Positions 37,301 to 51,739 of a stretch of 64,000 nucleotides of DNA are shown one piece after another. The notes beneath the pieces were generated by a model that saw only the letters and a list, made by a program, of their open reading frames with translations, made no database searches and had not been told where the DNA came from. How positions within the stretch are numbered: the stretch's first letter is position 1; each line of letters begins with the position of its first letter. Origin of the DNA: Antedon mediterranea (taxonomy: Eukaryota; Animalia; Echinodermata). Position numbers and translations under genes: made by a program. The DNA lies in NCBI RefSeq assembly GCF_964355755.1, contig NC_092672.1, positions 28,774,437 to 28,838,436 on the forward strand, read 5' to 3'.

Positions 37301-40199
37301 TAGTGGTGACAATATAAATTAGACCTGAGACATTACTAAACTTCGACAATAGTTGACAGAAGGTTGAATATGTTTTGAAAGAGTAAAAGCAATCAAACTT
37401 TTTGTGACAAAAAATGGGATGTGCCCCTTGATGGACACGATGATGTCATTTTTAGTGCAGCTATGTTTTGTTTAGAAGTAGTACGATGCCGATTAAATTA
37501 GGTCCATTGCAAATTAAACTAAATGGTTCTGTTCTCCCCATGGTCAATCATGCAAAATTTTTGGGTGTATCCATTGATAGTCGTCTGACATGGAAACCCC
37601 ATGTTATTGAGACAGAAAACAAAATCTCAAAAAATATTGGTATAATTTGTAGACTGGCATCTTTTCTTCCACATCATATTCTCCGAACACTCTACTGCTC
37701 CCTTGTTTTGCCATATCTTTTATATTGCAATATCGTTTGGTGTAACACATTCCCATCTAATTTAAATAAACTTCAAATACTACAAAAGAAAATCATTCGA
37801 ATAATTTCGAATGTTTCACCTAGAACTAGTACAGATCCTTTATTTCGTTCTCTCAAATTATTAAAATTAACAGATATTAATATTTTCCAACAATGTTTAT
37901 TTATTTACAAAAGCCAAAATGCTCTTCTTCCATCTCATTTACGCGATATGTTTTCTCCCAATTATGAATTTCACGGCTATTCCACAAGAATCCTCAATAA
38001 CCTTCATATTCCTAAACATAAAAAGACTTCTTTTCAACATAATATTAGATTTACTGGACCCAAGATATGGAACTCACTTCCTAACAAAATTACAACTTCT
38101 GCAAACAAACATAGCTTCGTCTTTAACACTAAACAATATCTAATACAAAAGTAAATTAATTAACTAGTTATATTCTAGGTATCAGTTTTTTATTGTTTTC
38201 ATATTCCGTCATGGTAATTACTTTATTCCTATATACCATTTACTATTATTTACTAATTTGATTTTAGTTACTTTTTGTTTTGTTCAGGCACTTTCAACAC
38301 AAGCTTTTGCTTTTTAGAAATTGTGCCTCCTTCATAATATTGTTTTATTCATGTTAAAGATGAGAAAAAAAAATTGTATTGTTTTAACTATCTTTGTTCT
38401 CGTCATGAATTTTGTGTATTATATTATTTATTTTGTATATTATGAAGGAAATAAATGTTATTATGAAATGAAATGAAATGAAATATCACTACCATATTTT
38501 GGCACATCACATTTTTTTGACTAGACTAGGCTTAAAGTATAAATATTTAGAGAATACATAAACTGTAATATAATTTACATTTCCCTGAAAACAAAGTAAA
38601 TTTATTTAAAACTAAAATAAAATAAGAGATTCTATATTAGGGAGGTTTCGCAACGCTACGAATACGATAACGAAAACGGATACGTCACGCACACGTATTC
38701 GTTTTCGCAAGACAGTAAAAATCTGTTTTGAATGGCAACGAAATATTGAGGGCGCCGTCCAAAATATGATTGCGGTAAATTTGAACGAAGCGCATGTTTC
38801 ATGGCTGCCTAGGCCTAGCGTAACATCAAAGCCAGTGAGGACTTTAAAAACTGTTATTTATCAAAATTTACCTGGCATTTTAGTAAATTACTTTTAGTAA
38901 ATTACTTTCAATAAATCTATAATTATATTATAATCATGAATAATTCCTGATTCAAATGCAAAATGTGCAAAATAGATCAAAAACTATACTCGTTTTGTAG
39001 TTACGAATATGACTGGTGATATTCGTCAACACGAATCCGCTTTACGAATTTGAAATGGGGATCAGCTTTCACAAATGTGTGACGTATTCGTTATCGTATT
39101 CGTAAGGTTGCGAAACCTCCCTATTTTGAACATTTTTGTACCTCTGTGACTACTGAGGTAGAACTGATGTACTGTAGTCGTTGTTTACTACCTTTTTCGC
39201 ATCTACAAAAAGTAACAAATTGTAAAAAGTTGTAACTAGGTGTCCATAGTGTGAAGGTAATTTGTTTAAATTCTTTGGGAGAAAAACACACAAGCGCACG
39301 AGAATGTGTACTTTAAACTAGGATTTAACCAGGGAAGAGTGAAATTACACTGTAAATTCACTCTTCGCTCTGGATTTAACTAACTGTCCTAATTGAAGCT
39401 ACTATACGAAAATACATTCTTTTTGTGAGGTTCTCTATGCGTGTATATGAAAACGTGCCATAAATCGGAAGTTCAACCAATGTTATATGTTTAAATTAAC
39501 AGTGTAGGTCCTATGCCGTGTGAAAATATCAGAGTTAAAAACCCAATCATTTTTCATTACCACTTTTTCTATTCAATAGTATCTGGAAAAGACATATACT
39601 CAACTGAAGGAGACAAACTATCAATTAACCTACAAGTTTATAGATGCTATTACCTCGACTGTATTCCACCTGTTCCTGAACCTCCTGCAGAAGGCAGACC
39701 AGATAACGCTTCTGTGCTTCTATGGTCCACGACTGAGGCTTGGGAAGGAGTGGAGGATGGATGGGGTGGTAATGATAATGAATCATTTGTACTGCCAAAA
39801 GACGGTGATGATGTCATGATCCTGTCTGGTATGTAGAAGACACAAACATATCTTTAGGAAAGCAATTTTGTTTTTAAGTTTTACTTTCTGATTTATGATT
39901 CAAGACATCATGGTTGTTCATAACACATACACCAGTTAGATAGTGCTGTGATATAGCCATGGCTTGGAGTCTCCTGTGATATTAGAGACCTTTTGATTTT
40001 GAAAGAATATGACTTATTACGTCATGGATGTACTACTTGCATACATTTAGTTTTGTTTGCCATTTACAAGTAGTCAGAACCAAATTTGTTGATTCTAGTC
40101 CCAGGTGACAACCTTGGAGTTTATGTTACCACAGACACGTACGTACATTTGGACATTTTTTAGGTATTTATAGACGCTGGACCACAACTTGGACAATAT

Positions 40200-40248
<49 letters not shown>

Positions 40249-43200
40249 GCCTAATTTACACAGAAGTCATAGCTCGTCCGAAACTAAACTTTCTAATATA
40301 TTATTATTGTTTGTAGGAAAGTGGGTTGTTGCTGATGTTGCTCTGCCGAGGATGAATCGACTCTATATTTATGGCACCCTAGAGATTGAAGATACTAGAG
40401 ACAATTATATAAACGCAACTTATATCGTTATATATGGTGATGGAGTCTTGATTATTGGATGGGAGAAATCACCATTTCAACACCAATTAAAAATGTTCTT
40501 GAATGGAAACCATTTTACCGAAGACATTCCTCTACAAAACGGACCAAATTTGGGAGCTAAAGTTTTGGGTAAGTCTTTTAAAATCAAACCTGGTTCAATA
40601 AATATGGGGTAAATTTGTAACCTGTTTAATCATCTGACGTTTATTCCAATATGTATTATGTATTATATTATTTAATTTCTATTGTTGCAATATTGGAATG
40701 TAATTATCTAACCATTTTAAGCTTTTTTATTTTATTTTATTAATATTTCCATATATCTAAGCCATCCTGTAATTGTAATTTCTGTTGAATCAAAGAAATG
40801 AAATAAAATAAGTAATGAATGAATAACAAAGCACAGAGAAAAGTAATGATAAACATACATACTTTTCTTTCACAATCCACATGAGCAATATTCTATACAT
40901 TTTGGTCCATATGGCCATACCATTGTGTTTCATTGTATTCTCCAGAAAATAACCTACAGTACAAAAATGCTATAAGAATAAAGGAATTAGTAACATTTCT
41001 ACATGGTAAAACAACTTTAGAGTTTTGAAATAATATTAGTAAAATTATGAAAGTAAAAACAAACAAACAGGAATAGTTCAATGTTTAAAACTTTGCTAAC
41101 TATATATATGGATAGTCTGCAAGACTTCGAAGAATAAGAATAATATTCTGCAGCTAATTATAGAGAACACTATAAAACGATGTGTTTCATTAATGTAGGT
41201 GTATTCGGTCGTTTGGAGATGCATGGTATTTCTCCCAATATCACATGGACACAATTGAGCAGTTCTCTCATCGCTGGCGATGACATCATCTATCTCAAAG
41301 AAAATGTAACTTGGCAAGTAGGAGATGAGATTGTGGTGGCATCAACATCGTATGAGGCTTGGGAAACTGAAACGTTCATGATAATTGAAATCATTGATGA
41401 ACATACTGTACGAATCAATGACACAGCCAAGTATAAACACATAGGTATTTATTTTTAAATAACTAGATTTGCTTATCATTATCAATATTGGAGTGTGTAT
41501 ACTTTTGTCTTGTTGTCTTATTTGTTATTATATTAAATACTGTTAAAATGTCAAGATATTAATTAGTCATTGAATTCATTTAAATGGCTGTTTCCACCTT
41601 CACTTTGATCATATTCCCTGTAAAACTTAAAATGCTTGAAATTGTTTTGGTATGCTAAATGTTACTTGTACACCCGTAGTGCTCACAATAGTAGCACCAA
41701 AGTTAGTTTCTTTGAAGATAAACAATATAAGCTGCAAACGAGCCATGTCCTCGAAAATTGAGACCTAGACAAATTTGTCGACTACTATTATCGAGTGTGT
41801 AGTACGGTAGTAGAGTTTTGCTTTAAGACCAGGATTGTGTAAAGAGATAATGATAGTGAATTTAGAATTCGAAACATTTGCAACTAACTTAATTAATTCT
41901 TCCCCGAATAAATGTTTCCCCTATTATATTACATTTCATTTATCAAAAACTGGATAACCTTTGGCTGGGCACAAAGAATACACTTTTTGAACAATCGAGA
42001 GAGGTTTATGTTATTGTATTAAACATATAGAAGAATAGGAAACAGATTATTTTAACTGCATTACACACTATTCCAGCTGAAACGGTTACTCTTGAAGATG
42101 AATCTCTGACATACACAGAATCTGCTGAAGTAGGCCTTCTAACAAGAAACATTCAAATTATTGGTGCTGACTACACTAATTTGTTTGAAGAGTCATTTGG
42201 AGCTAGAGTTCTGATTGGAAAATATAACCAATATGGTATAGAATACAAAGGTAAAAATTATAAACATATAATATTTAAATAATATATTGAGGTTGCAGTC
42301 TTTTTTTAAAAAAGAGCTATCACACTATACAAGAAACTAGAAATAATTGCAAAGTACAAGTGATTGCTGCTACGCAAAACAAAATAGTCTAAACTGCACA
42401 ACTATATTAAGCTACCACTAAATTTAGTAAGCATCGGTTTAGTTTACCAACAAAACAAAATAATAATATCAAAAAACTATTTTTAACATTCCATTTGGTC
42501 ATTACATAAAATGAAGTTTACTATCCTGTCATACATTCCGATTCTTTAAATGCTATCTAAATAATTATACTGCTACTATACTTAAAGGTTATGCAAAAAT
42601 CTCTAATGTTGAGTTTAAACATTCTGGACAAGAAGGCTGGACAGATTTTTACGACCCACGTTATTCGGTTGCTTTCTTGGATATTGGAGAAGTTACTGTA
42701 GAAAGCCCTTCGTTTGTACGAGAATGTACATTTCATAATGGCTTCAGTCCTGCTATTGGAGTGTTCGGTACTTCAGGACTAACAATTCAGGATAATGTTA
42801 TTCACCACACCGTTGGAGCAGGTAAAACAAAAGAAGATTTATTTTTATATTTTTTTAAACTATAATGATAATATTTGTATCATAAGTTTAATACATTATG
42901 ACATTTGCATATTGATAATTCTTTGAATTGCAGGTATTATTGCATGGGGGAGAGACCATAAAATACTGCATAATCTAGTGACACTGACTGTCTTTCCGGG
43001 TACATATCAAGACCGCTACAATGCTGAGGAGGATATATCATGGCCAGCAGGTATTGAAATTGAGAGCTCCAGAGATGTCATCCTACAAAACAACACTGTG
43101 GCAGGTTCTGAGAGGGTGCTTTACCACATTAGTGGTGAGATCTGTGACGTTGAAAGTCAGTGGAATAACAACGAAGGACACACTTCTTTGCACGGTATCC

Positions 43201-46200
43201 ATCTTATGAACGAGGATGGTCAGAGGGGCTGTACAAAGATCGCTAATTTCTTCATCTGGAAGAATTGGGATTATGGAGTTTATTTCCAATTGTCAAGTTC
43301 CGTTGTAATGACTGGATTTATTCTTGCTGATAACAATATTGGGGTGATGCCATTTGTCTTTGGTCCATCTTCTCTTAGTCATAAAGCTGTTGATAAGTAT
43401 GTGAGAATGGAGTCATCTTTTATAATTGGTACAAGTCCGTTCTTTGATTGTGATGAGTTTCAGGTATGTTAGTTGGTCAATAACATTGCAAGGGTTCCTA
43501 CTTAATATCATGATTCTTTGTTAAACCATGGATATAGAGGTCGAGTACAATCAATTCAATTCCATTCAATTTAATAAACTTTATTGTCAAACTCATAAAT
43601 GGCTTGAAACTTTGGCTGAAAGTACACACATTAAAATTGTCTAAAAACATTGTCGCACTAACAGTAAAAAAGAATAAAACCACATACAACAGAGAACAAG
43701 ATGTTATATAAAAAAGTTAAAAGAGGACACAAAAAGTACAAAAAGAGTTAAAAATACAGATTTAAAATACTTATTGCAGTTATCGTTTCCACCTTAAATT
43801 AAAATGCCTCATAGCAGATGGGAGTAAGGATCTACGTAGGCGTTCAGTGTTCCAGCGAGGATATGTAATGCGCCCAGACCGGCTTAACGTAATGTACTGG
43901 TTAAGGGGGTGGCTAACATCTGACATAATAACTTTAAGCTTATTTGTAAGTGCGTTGTTAACAACTTCATCTGATTTCTTAATATCGTTTCCTATTATCT
44001 TTTTGGCAGATTTACTTATTCTTTGTACTTTTTTCATGCATTGCTGGTGTAAATTGTTGAACCAAACTATTGCATTAAAAGTTAAAACAGATAAAATAAC
44101 AGATTCATAAAATAGAGTCAAGATCCTATTGCACACATGAAATTTCTTCAATCTTCTCAAAAAGTACAGTCGTTTATAACAATTTGTGGTAACTAACTTA
44201 GTGTTTTCCTTCCAATTAAGTTTATCATCGATTACTGTGCCTAGATACTTAAAGTTACTAACAACTTCCACTTCATCGTTTAATATACATAGCTTAGCAT
44301 GTGTTTTGTTACCTTTTCTAAAATCAATGATCATTTCTTTAGTCTTGTTAACATTTAATTTTAGATAGTTATTAGAACAACAAGTAGAAAAATAACTGAC
44401 ATTATCAAAATATGACTTAGGGTCATTATGTTTTTATCAGGCCAACTAGACCGGTGTCATCAGCGTATTTCACAGTAAAGCATTTGGTTAAAACTAGATC
44501 ATCTGAACATTTAAAATCATTAGTATATAAAGAAAATAAAATAGGAGATAAAACACAACCTTGTGGTGCACCAGTATTGCACATAAGTTTTTCTGAAGTA
44601 TTATCATTAAAACAGACGAATTGTTCCCTATCTTTTAAAAAATTATTGATCCATAAAATAGTAGCTGGATTTATACCCAAGACATTCATTTTCTCCATTA
44701 AAATATGAGGTTGCAAAGTGTTAAAAGCGGATGAAAAATCTAAGAATAAAACTCTGGCATACGAATTTGGCCTGTCAACATGACCAAGTATTTTATGTAA
44801 TAAAGTTTTAACTGCATCTTCTACACCCCTTTTGGAACGGTAGGCAAATTGACAGGGATCCAAAAGACTCTCAGTCTCACTTAAAATCTCATTCTTAATT
44901 AATTTTTTGAAACATTTCATAGGTACAGCAGTTATGGCAATGGGCCTATAGTCATTGAGAGCTTCAGGTTTATTATTCTTTGGCAGGGGGTGAATTAAGG
45001 ATTTTTTCCAGATTCTAGGAATTTCAAATGTACGCAGTGACCAGTTGAACAACAACGAAAACACTTGCGAGAGTTGCTCATTGCACTCTTTTAGCACCTT
45101 TCCACTGACTTTATCCGTTTAACTGACAATCACGTTTAATGATAGAGGTGCATATTTAAAAATGCGCAGTGTCTAATATAAATCTTTCCATTATTTTGAC
45201 AGTTACTATTTATATCATACCATTGGCAGTCTGCTGATCACGGTTGTTTTCTTTGATCTGTACTCGTTGTTTCTCTATTCCTTTACTGTAAAACAGAAGT
45301 AATATTGATTTTTTAAAGCTCTGTCAATTGTTTAATCAATCTTAACGCTTATTGATTTTATTTTGTTCAGAATAAGCCCGAGAATGCACGCCAAAGTTTT
45401 GCATGGCGTGCACCTCGTGGCCCAGATCAAGGCAATACTGGATTCGTGTGGGCAAATTTCATGTCTAGTGGAAATCTGGCTCCGAGGTTTCCATTCCCAT
45501 TCCATGATCTCAGGGATTACCCAGCTATTGCTGGAAGCACAAGATTGCAGGGTATGTATAAGCGTGAAAGAACTTTACTTACTTGGATAAACCTAAACCC
45601 AATTTGTTTTATTCTATACAGAACATACCCGACTATTGTTAGATTTTGCAAGGTACAGTATTAGCATGTAATGAGCTTCCTCACAAAATCTGGAATTGGC
45701 ACTGTTTCCATTCCTTAATCTTAGATATATCAAACTAATACTCTAAAGCTCTGTCTACACTACCAAACGTTATGTTATAAACAAATGTGATGTGCCTATA
45801 ATGAACACGATGATGCCATATCACTACCATAATTATTTAAGCACATCACACTTGTTTTGTCAAATTAATTTGATAGTGTAGACAGTGCTTAAGTGCATTG
45901 GAAAACGATATGCATGAAATAAGCCTCTCTACTTTGATAAACATAAAAAATATATTCACCATCTTAAGAAAATGGAGGTTTTCCGGTAGTACTGTTTTAT
46001 CAAATCTATTTTTTATTAATTCTCTGTTGAAATCATAATAATAATAATATGGCTGCCCCTGCATCTAGTATCTACCTCAGACTTATTGGCCCATGCCTTT
46101 CCTCTGGTCAAGGTGGGCACTGGACGAGAGAAGCCCTTGTTCACTGTTAGGACCAATTAAGGTGCTTTTGGCTTTGTTTGTATAATAATAACCTAAAATG

Positions 46201-49200
46201 AACATATTTGACTATTCAAAAAGGTAAACAATTTATTTTTTGAGATGGTGCATCTTTCTGTATCAACAGATGTCACCTTCTCCTATTTTGGTACCGTCTG
46301 TAATAAAGACCATTACGCTATTATGACCAACCCGGCAAATGAAGATGTTATCCACCCGATGTTTGTAGCAGGAACAAAGATGTTAACAGTCAGAGACGAG
46401 AACAAGGTTTACATACATAGACCTCCTCTATCGTAAGTATTCACCACTTACAGTATATTTTTTCTGCCACCTGCTTTTGAAAGTGTGAATCTCTCATATT
46501 GCTGAAGATTCTTGAGTTGAACACGAAAAAAATATATACAAAATGAATATAACCCAAGGAAATGTGTTACTTGAATTAATTTGATGACCATGTTTTTTCT
46601 TATACAACATACAGACTAAAACTCATCCTTACTGCAAGATTGTTATAAAAATCTTGTCAAGCTGTAAACAGTGTTGCTTGGATCTAAACATGATTGTAGT
46701 AGTTTAACGTATACTGCGGTGCAAGGCCACGGGAATAGTATGTGTTATAATTGATCAACTTACTTTGGAATTATTTTTTTATTTAATTATATAATTAGTA
46801 AAGTAGATCCTTCGGATTGTGTGGACATGGACTGTGATGGATTTAAGAAAGCAATGATCAGAGATGAAGATGGCGGACTTCTAGGACGATCACAACCAGG
46901 TTACGTAATTCCAGATTCTGCATACGAATGGGATGGAGATCCGAGACATGGAGTTGGTGACTACAGGATTCCAAAAGCTATGGTTACTGACATCGATGGT
47001 AGTAGAATTCCATATGATAAAAAATGTCCATATAAAGGTTGGTTGATTTAGGTTTTAGTGTAAACTGTCAAGTATCGTCAAATTAGCAAATATATCATCT
47101 TAACGGTATTTTAACTCAAGGTTGTTTTGCTTAAACCAGGTTTCCAAATAACTTGTGGCATAGTCTTTCATCAAATACAAAGTCATTCATTATGAAAAAT
47201 AACTGGTTAATTAATAATGACAACCTTTCTCTTAAGCACTTCTTAACTATCTTGACTTTAGGAAGAATTATAGCTTAGAATCCATGAAAACAAGAAATTG
47301 TCCAAAAACAAGATTTAGATTTAGTTGAAAAAAATCTTTTCTATAATAGATTTTGAACACTTGTTTTCAGAATGCATTTCAACAGCATGTTAGTGTTTTA
47401 TTGGCCTCCTGATTTAGAGAGTTACTATTCTGTGTAGATTTTATTTGTATATAATTTGCTCTTTTTCTTTAAGGTATTATTGGTACAGAAGACTGCATAT
47501 GGCATGACTCTTGGCAGGCTTTTGAATGCTATGACTACGAATATGCTATGTTGATAATTGAAAGTCTTGACCCAGACACAGAAGTACGACGTCTTTCACC
47601 TATCGCTATTTTGTCTAATGGTTACGTTGATTTGATCAATGGACCTCAAGATCACGGCTGGTGTCATGGGTACACATGTCAAGAGCGCATCAGCACATTT
47701 ATGTCTATCGTTGCAATTGGAGAGACTTATGAGATGTATATGAGTTCAACAAATCCTGAAAAGTTAAGATTACGTTTTCTGAACACAACTCCAGATCAGA
47801 AAATAGTTGTCGGCATATGGTATGCCAATCCTCAACGTTTAGATGTGTACCACCAAGGTCGCTATGTCATGCCAAATAACGGGCAGCTGTATGGAGATAC
47901 GTTCATATGGGTTCCAGAAAATCCAAACGGACCAGACGATCAGTTCATGCCAACTCCTGACTCCAACATTTATGGCGAGAACTATTTTGATCGCGATTGG
48001 CAGATTCTTTGGATACTCATACGCGGTAGTGATCCAATTGACATTATCACCACACCAGTTGTAATGGTTGATGTTGGTGTGGCTCCTGTTGATGTTGATG
48101 ACTTCTACGAAGAAGATCTTGTTAACAATCTTGCCAGTTTGCTTGGAATCGATGATTCTCAGATTCGAGTTGTTAGTGTCATTAGAGAAGGCAAACGTCG
48201 AAAAAGATCCAACGAAATTAAAGTTGTAATGGAGATTGGGGAATCACCAAGTGAATCATTAAACAGTTCAGATAGTTTAGGTAAATAAAGATTTACATAA
48301 AAATTAACTAAGTAATTCAACATTATTGTTGAAGATATTTTTTTTAATCAACATTTTTTGTATAGCCAACAACAAGAATGTTATTTTCTTCATTACAGGT
48401 AATTCAATCCTTCAATATGATGACCTTGTTAACCTTCAAACAGAATTAGTTAACGCAGCACAGACTGATACTTTGTCAGAGAGCCTTGAAGTTGAGGTTA
48501 CATCATTAGCTATGACCGATCCTTCTCCACCAGCTGTAGACCCAACAGGGGGCGTGAGAGCAACAAATGAAACAGGAGGTCCAAGTACAGGCAACGAAAC
48601 GTTAGTCCATTTTGAAGCATTTAAATTCGATATCTTACATACAACAAGAAATTAGCAAAGTAGAGGACTGATGACTGCCTTTCTTTTGAGGTTAATAACA
48701 AATTTGAATTTGTCGATCCATTTATGAGTCAGCAATTGCGTCATTTTAACATGTATCCTATCAAATACTTTAATTGTATTCCCAGCATGTGTGACTCATT
48801 TTTACCCGATCTAACGTTTATACCCGTATTTTGTACATAATAAACATAAATATAAAAATAAACATAATTTAAATCAGGTATGCTGAGAAGCAGACTGAAG
48901 AGGAGGAGGCAATGGCCAGTGAGCTAGGAGTAGAGATCATCTATGAATTTCCAAGCTCTATGAGTATACGTGTACAACTACCAAACCTATTGTTTCTAAT
49001 AACTACTAAAAGCAATAGTGCCTCTAGAGACTATTAAAAGCAATACTGCCACTCATAGTGACTACCAAAGACAGTACCACTAGTGACTACCAACGCTAGT
49101 GCTACTAGTGACTACCAAAGCTAGTGCTACACCAGTAGTTACTATGAATGCTATTTAGTGCCACTAGTGACTACCAAAGTTATAGTTTAACATGTGACTA

Positions 49201-51705
49201 CCAAAACTATTTAGTGTCACTAGTGACTACCAAAGCTAAGAAAAGCTTTTATATTCATATTTTAGGGTGAAATTGTAGCCAATCTTGGGCATTCTTCTCA
49301 CCCATGGAAAATGCAGGCAAGTCTTCATAACTCGGGAGTATCTGCTGCAAAGTTGGTTAGCAACAACACAGTAGAGATATTACATGGCTGGGCCAACTTC
49401 ACTGATCTCACCATTACCAAGCCTGAAAGTGGAAACTTCTTGGAATTCAGCATTGTTTATCCAAACACATCCATGCTAGAAAGTACCAACTCAACAGTGT
49501 TTTCTGTCAGTGAGAGTGCATTCCATATTTCAATCGCTGATCAACCTACTAGTCCACTCAAGGTTTTTGAAAGATTTGACATTCAGTTTAATCTAATTGA
49601 AGATTTTACAATGGACATTGCAGAAAATCTTGATATCAAGGTAAATTTTTATTTTTGCTAAACACAATGTTCTAGTTTTAGGATTTCCTTGATGAATGCT
49701 TCCCTGTTTTGATTAAAGTTCGCTCTTCAATTGAAATCCACCTATACTTCAGCTGAGACGATTTTTCAATAATAACCACATGCCATTGTTTATTTTGTCT
49801 ACACTATCAAACTTTTTGTGACAAAAAAATGTGATGTGCCCATATAAATATGTCAAACTATTTTGATAGTGTAGCCAGAGCTTAATATCAAGCTCCAAAA
49901 ATAAAATAACCTCCATCAAGGAAGTTTCTTATTTTTCAGGGTTATACTTGGATAGCTACCATAAGTTTATACATGCCAGATAATTACCGTGGTAGTTTAC
50001 AAGGCCAGATGACTACTAAACTCAATCTAATATCAGCAAAAGGCAGTTTCCATGACTTATCCATCAGTGCTAATGGTTTCCAATATGTCTTAGAAATTGA
50101 GTTGGTTACCGTCCCAAGCAGAGACTATCACCGGTCTACAAAGTTAGATCCATTTGATGTAAGCAATGTTAATAAACATAAAGAAAGTCCAGTCAAAGTA
50201 GGCTTGAGGTTTTACGGAGACTATGCAACAGTTGTCACAGGAAAAGAAGACTATCTTGCAATCAACTTTATTAATAACTTTACTGTTTCATACCCTGACG
50301 TCACTATTACTTCAGTAGAAATCAGTGAAGGTAAGTGTAAACAATTTAGAAACATTTCAACTTGGGATTTCTTTACTTTTAAAATCTTCTTTTAAGCAAT
50401 TTGTGTGGCAATTGCTGTAACCTAATCCAGAGTCTGGGAGGAAAGTGTTGTACACTGTGTATAGCTCTGTCTACACTATCAAACTAGTTTGACAAACAAG
50501 GTGTGATGTACCCAAATATGGTAGTGATAAGCCCAAATATGGTAGTGATATGATGTCATAATGTGTGGTAATGTAGACAGAGCTTTAGTGTAAATAACAT
50601 TCTTGTGGTGTTTAATGTTCAAGTTTATATTATTTTATTATATAGCACAAAACTTTTCAGCTCATCGAATAATCTAATTGTTGACACAGATGAAAGCTTT
50701 TTTTAGTAATTATTTAAAACAACAATAGTAATAACGCGAAGACAATTATGTTATCAACTGAAGTACATAATAAATAAGTACACAACTCAATTATTTATTC
50801 AAAATATCTATCATTTCAGGTTCTATTATCTTTGATTTTATAATGGCTGGAGATACTGCAAACACAATGGAAGCCATTTATCGTGACCTTACTGCAGGTC
50901 GCATATCATTAACCTTTGATGGACAGGTTCTGGAAGCAGATATACGTTATATGATGCTTGATGGTGAACCTTATGCACCTGAAAATATAGTAAGTTTATT
51001 TTTTAATGTGTTGTCTTTGTTTCTATTTATACATTTTTTTCAAATGTGGTGAAATAGCATAAGATTCAGAGATAAGTTTACATTCTTTATATAATAGCGG
51101 GTCAAATGTCGGAGTTCTAATTATGCTTTGATGTTCTCAATCAAAATGTGTTTTTTTTTTTCGTTTTCAAGATATGGAAAATATTGTATTTTATTGCAGG
51201 AACCTCAATTATTTAAAAAAAAAAAAAAATAACGAGAATCAATAATTTTAAAGATGTATTGTCCCTTGAAACACAAAAAATGAAAAAAAAAATATTCTAA
51301 AATTAAATTGGCCATATCAAAGTAATATTAAAGTTATTCACTTTAAGTCGAAAATTCGAGCCAAAAACAACAAGTTTACGTAATTAACAGGTAAATTAAT
51401 TTGATTACATTTCGTCTGGAAAATCGTCACGAGCGAAAGTAAACAAAGATTTCAAACCACGAGTATGCATGATGCTAATTAGGACTGTTTACAATTCGTG
51501 ACGGTTGAGAAGTAGTTCTCACACATATCGCGAGGAAGTTTATGATTATGCATACAGAGTAGCCAAACAAGCGCGTTACATTATGAGATATGTTTTGATC
51601 GAAAACTTTAACATGACCCCACTTTTTTTCGAAATATATTTTGTAAAAAATGTTTTGGAATTAGTCAAAGGGACAATACATATTTAAATTAAATAAATAC
51701 AATTT

Positions 51706-51739
<34 letters not shown>

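Noticed and set aside
37282-37310. CTGATGA as a second hammerhead
   Set aside because: No stem II closed by GAAA and no stem I pairing.
48975-49240. Spaced GTGACTACCAAAG repeats as a CRISPR-like array
   Set aside because: Eukaryotic intron, degenerate units, spacers short and similar to each other, no cas genes. It is a minisatellite.
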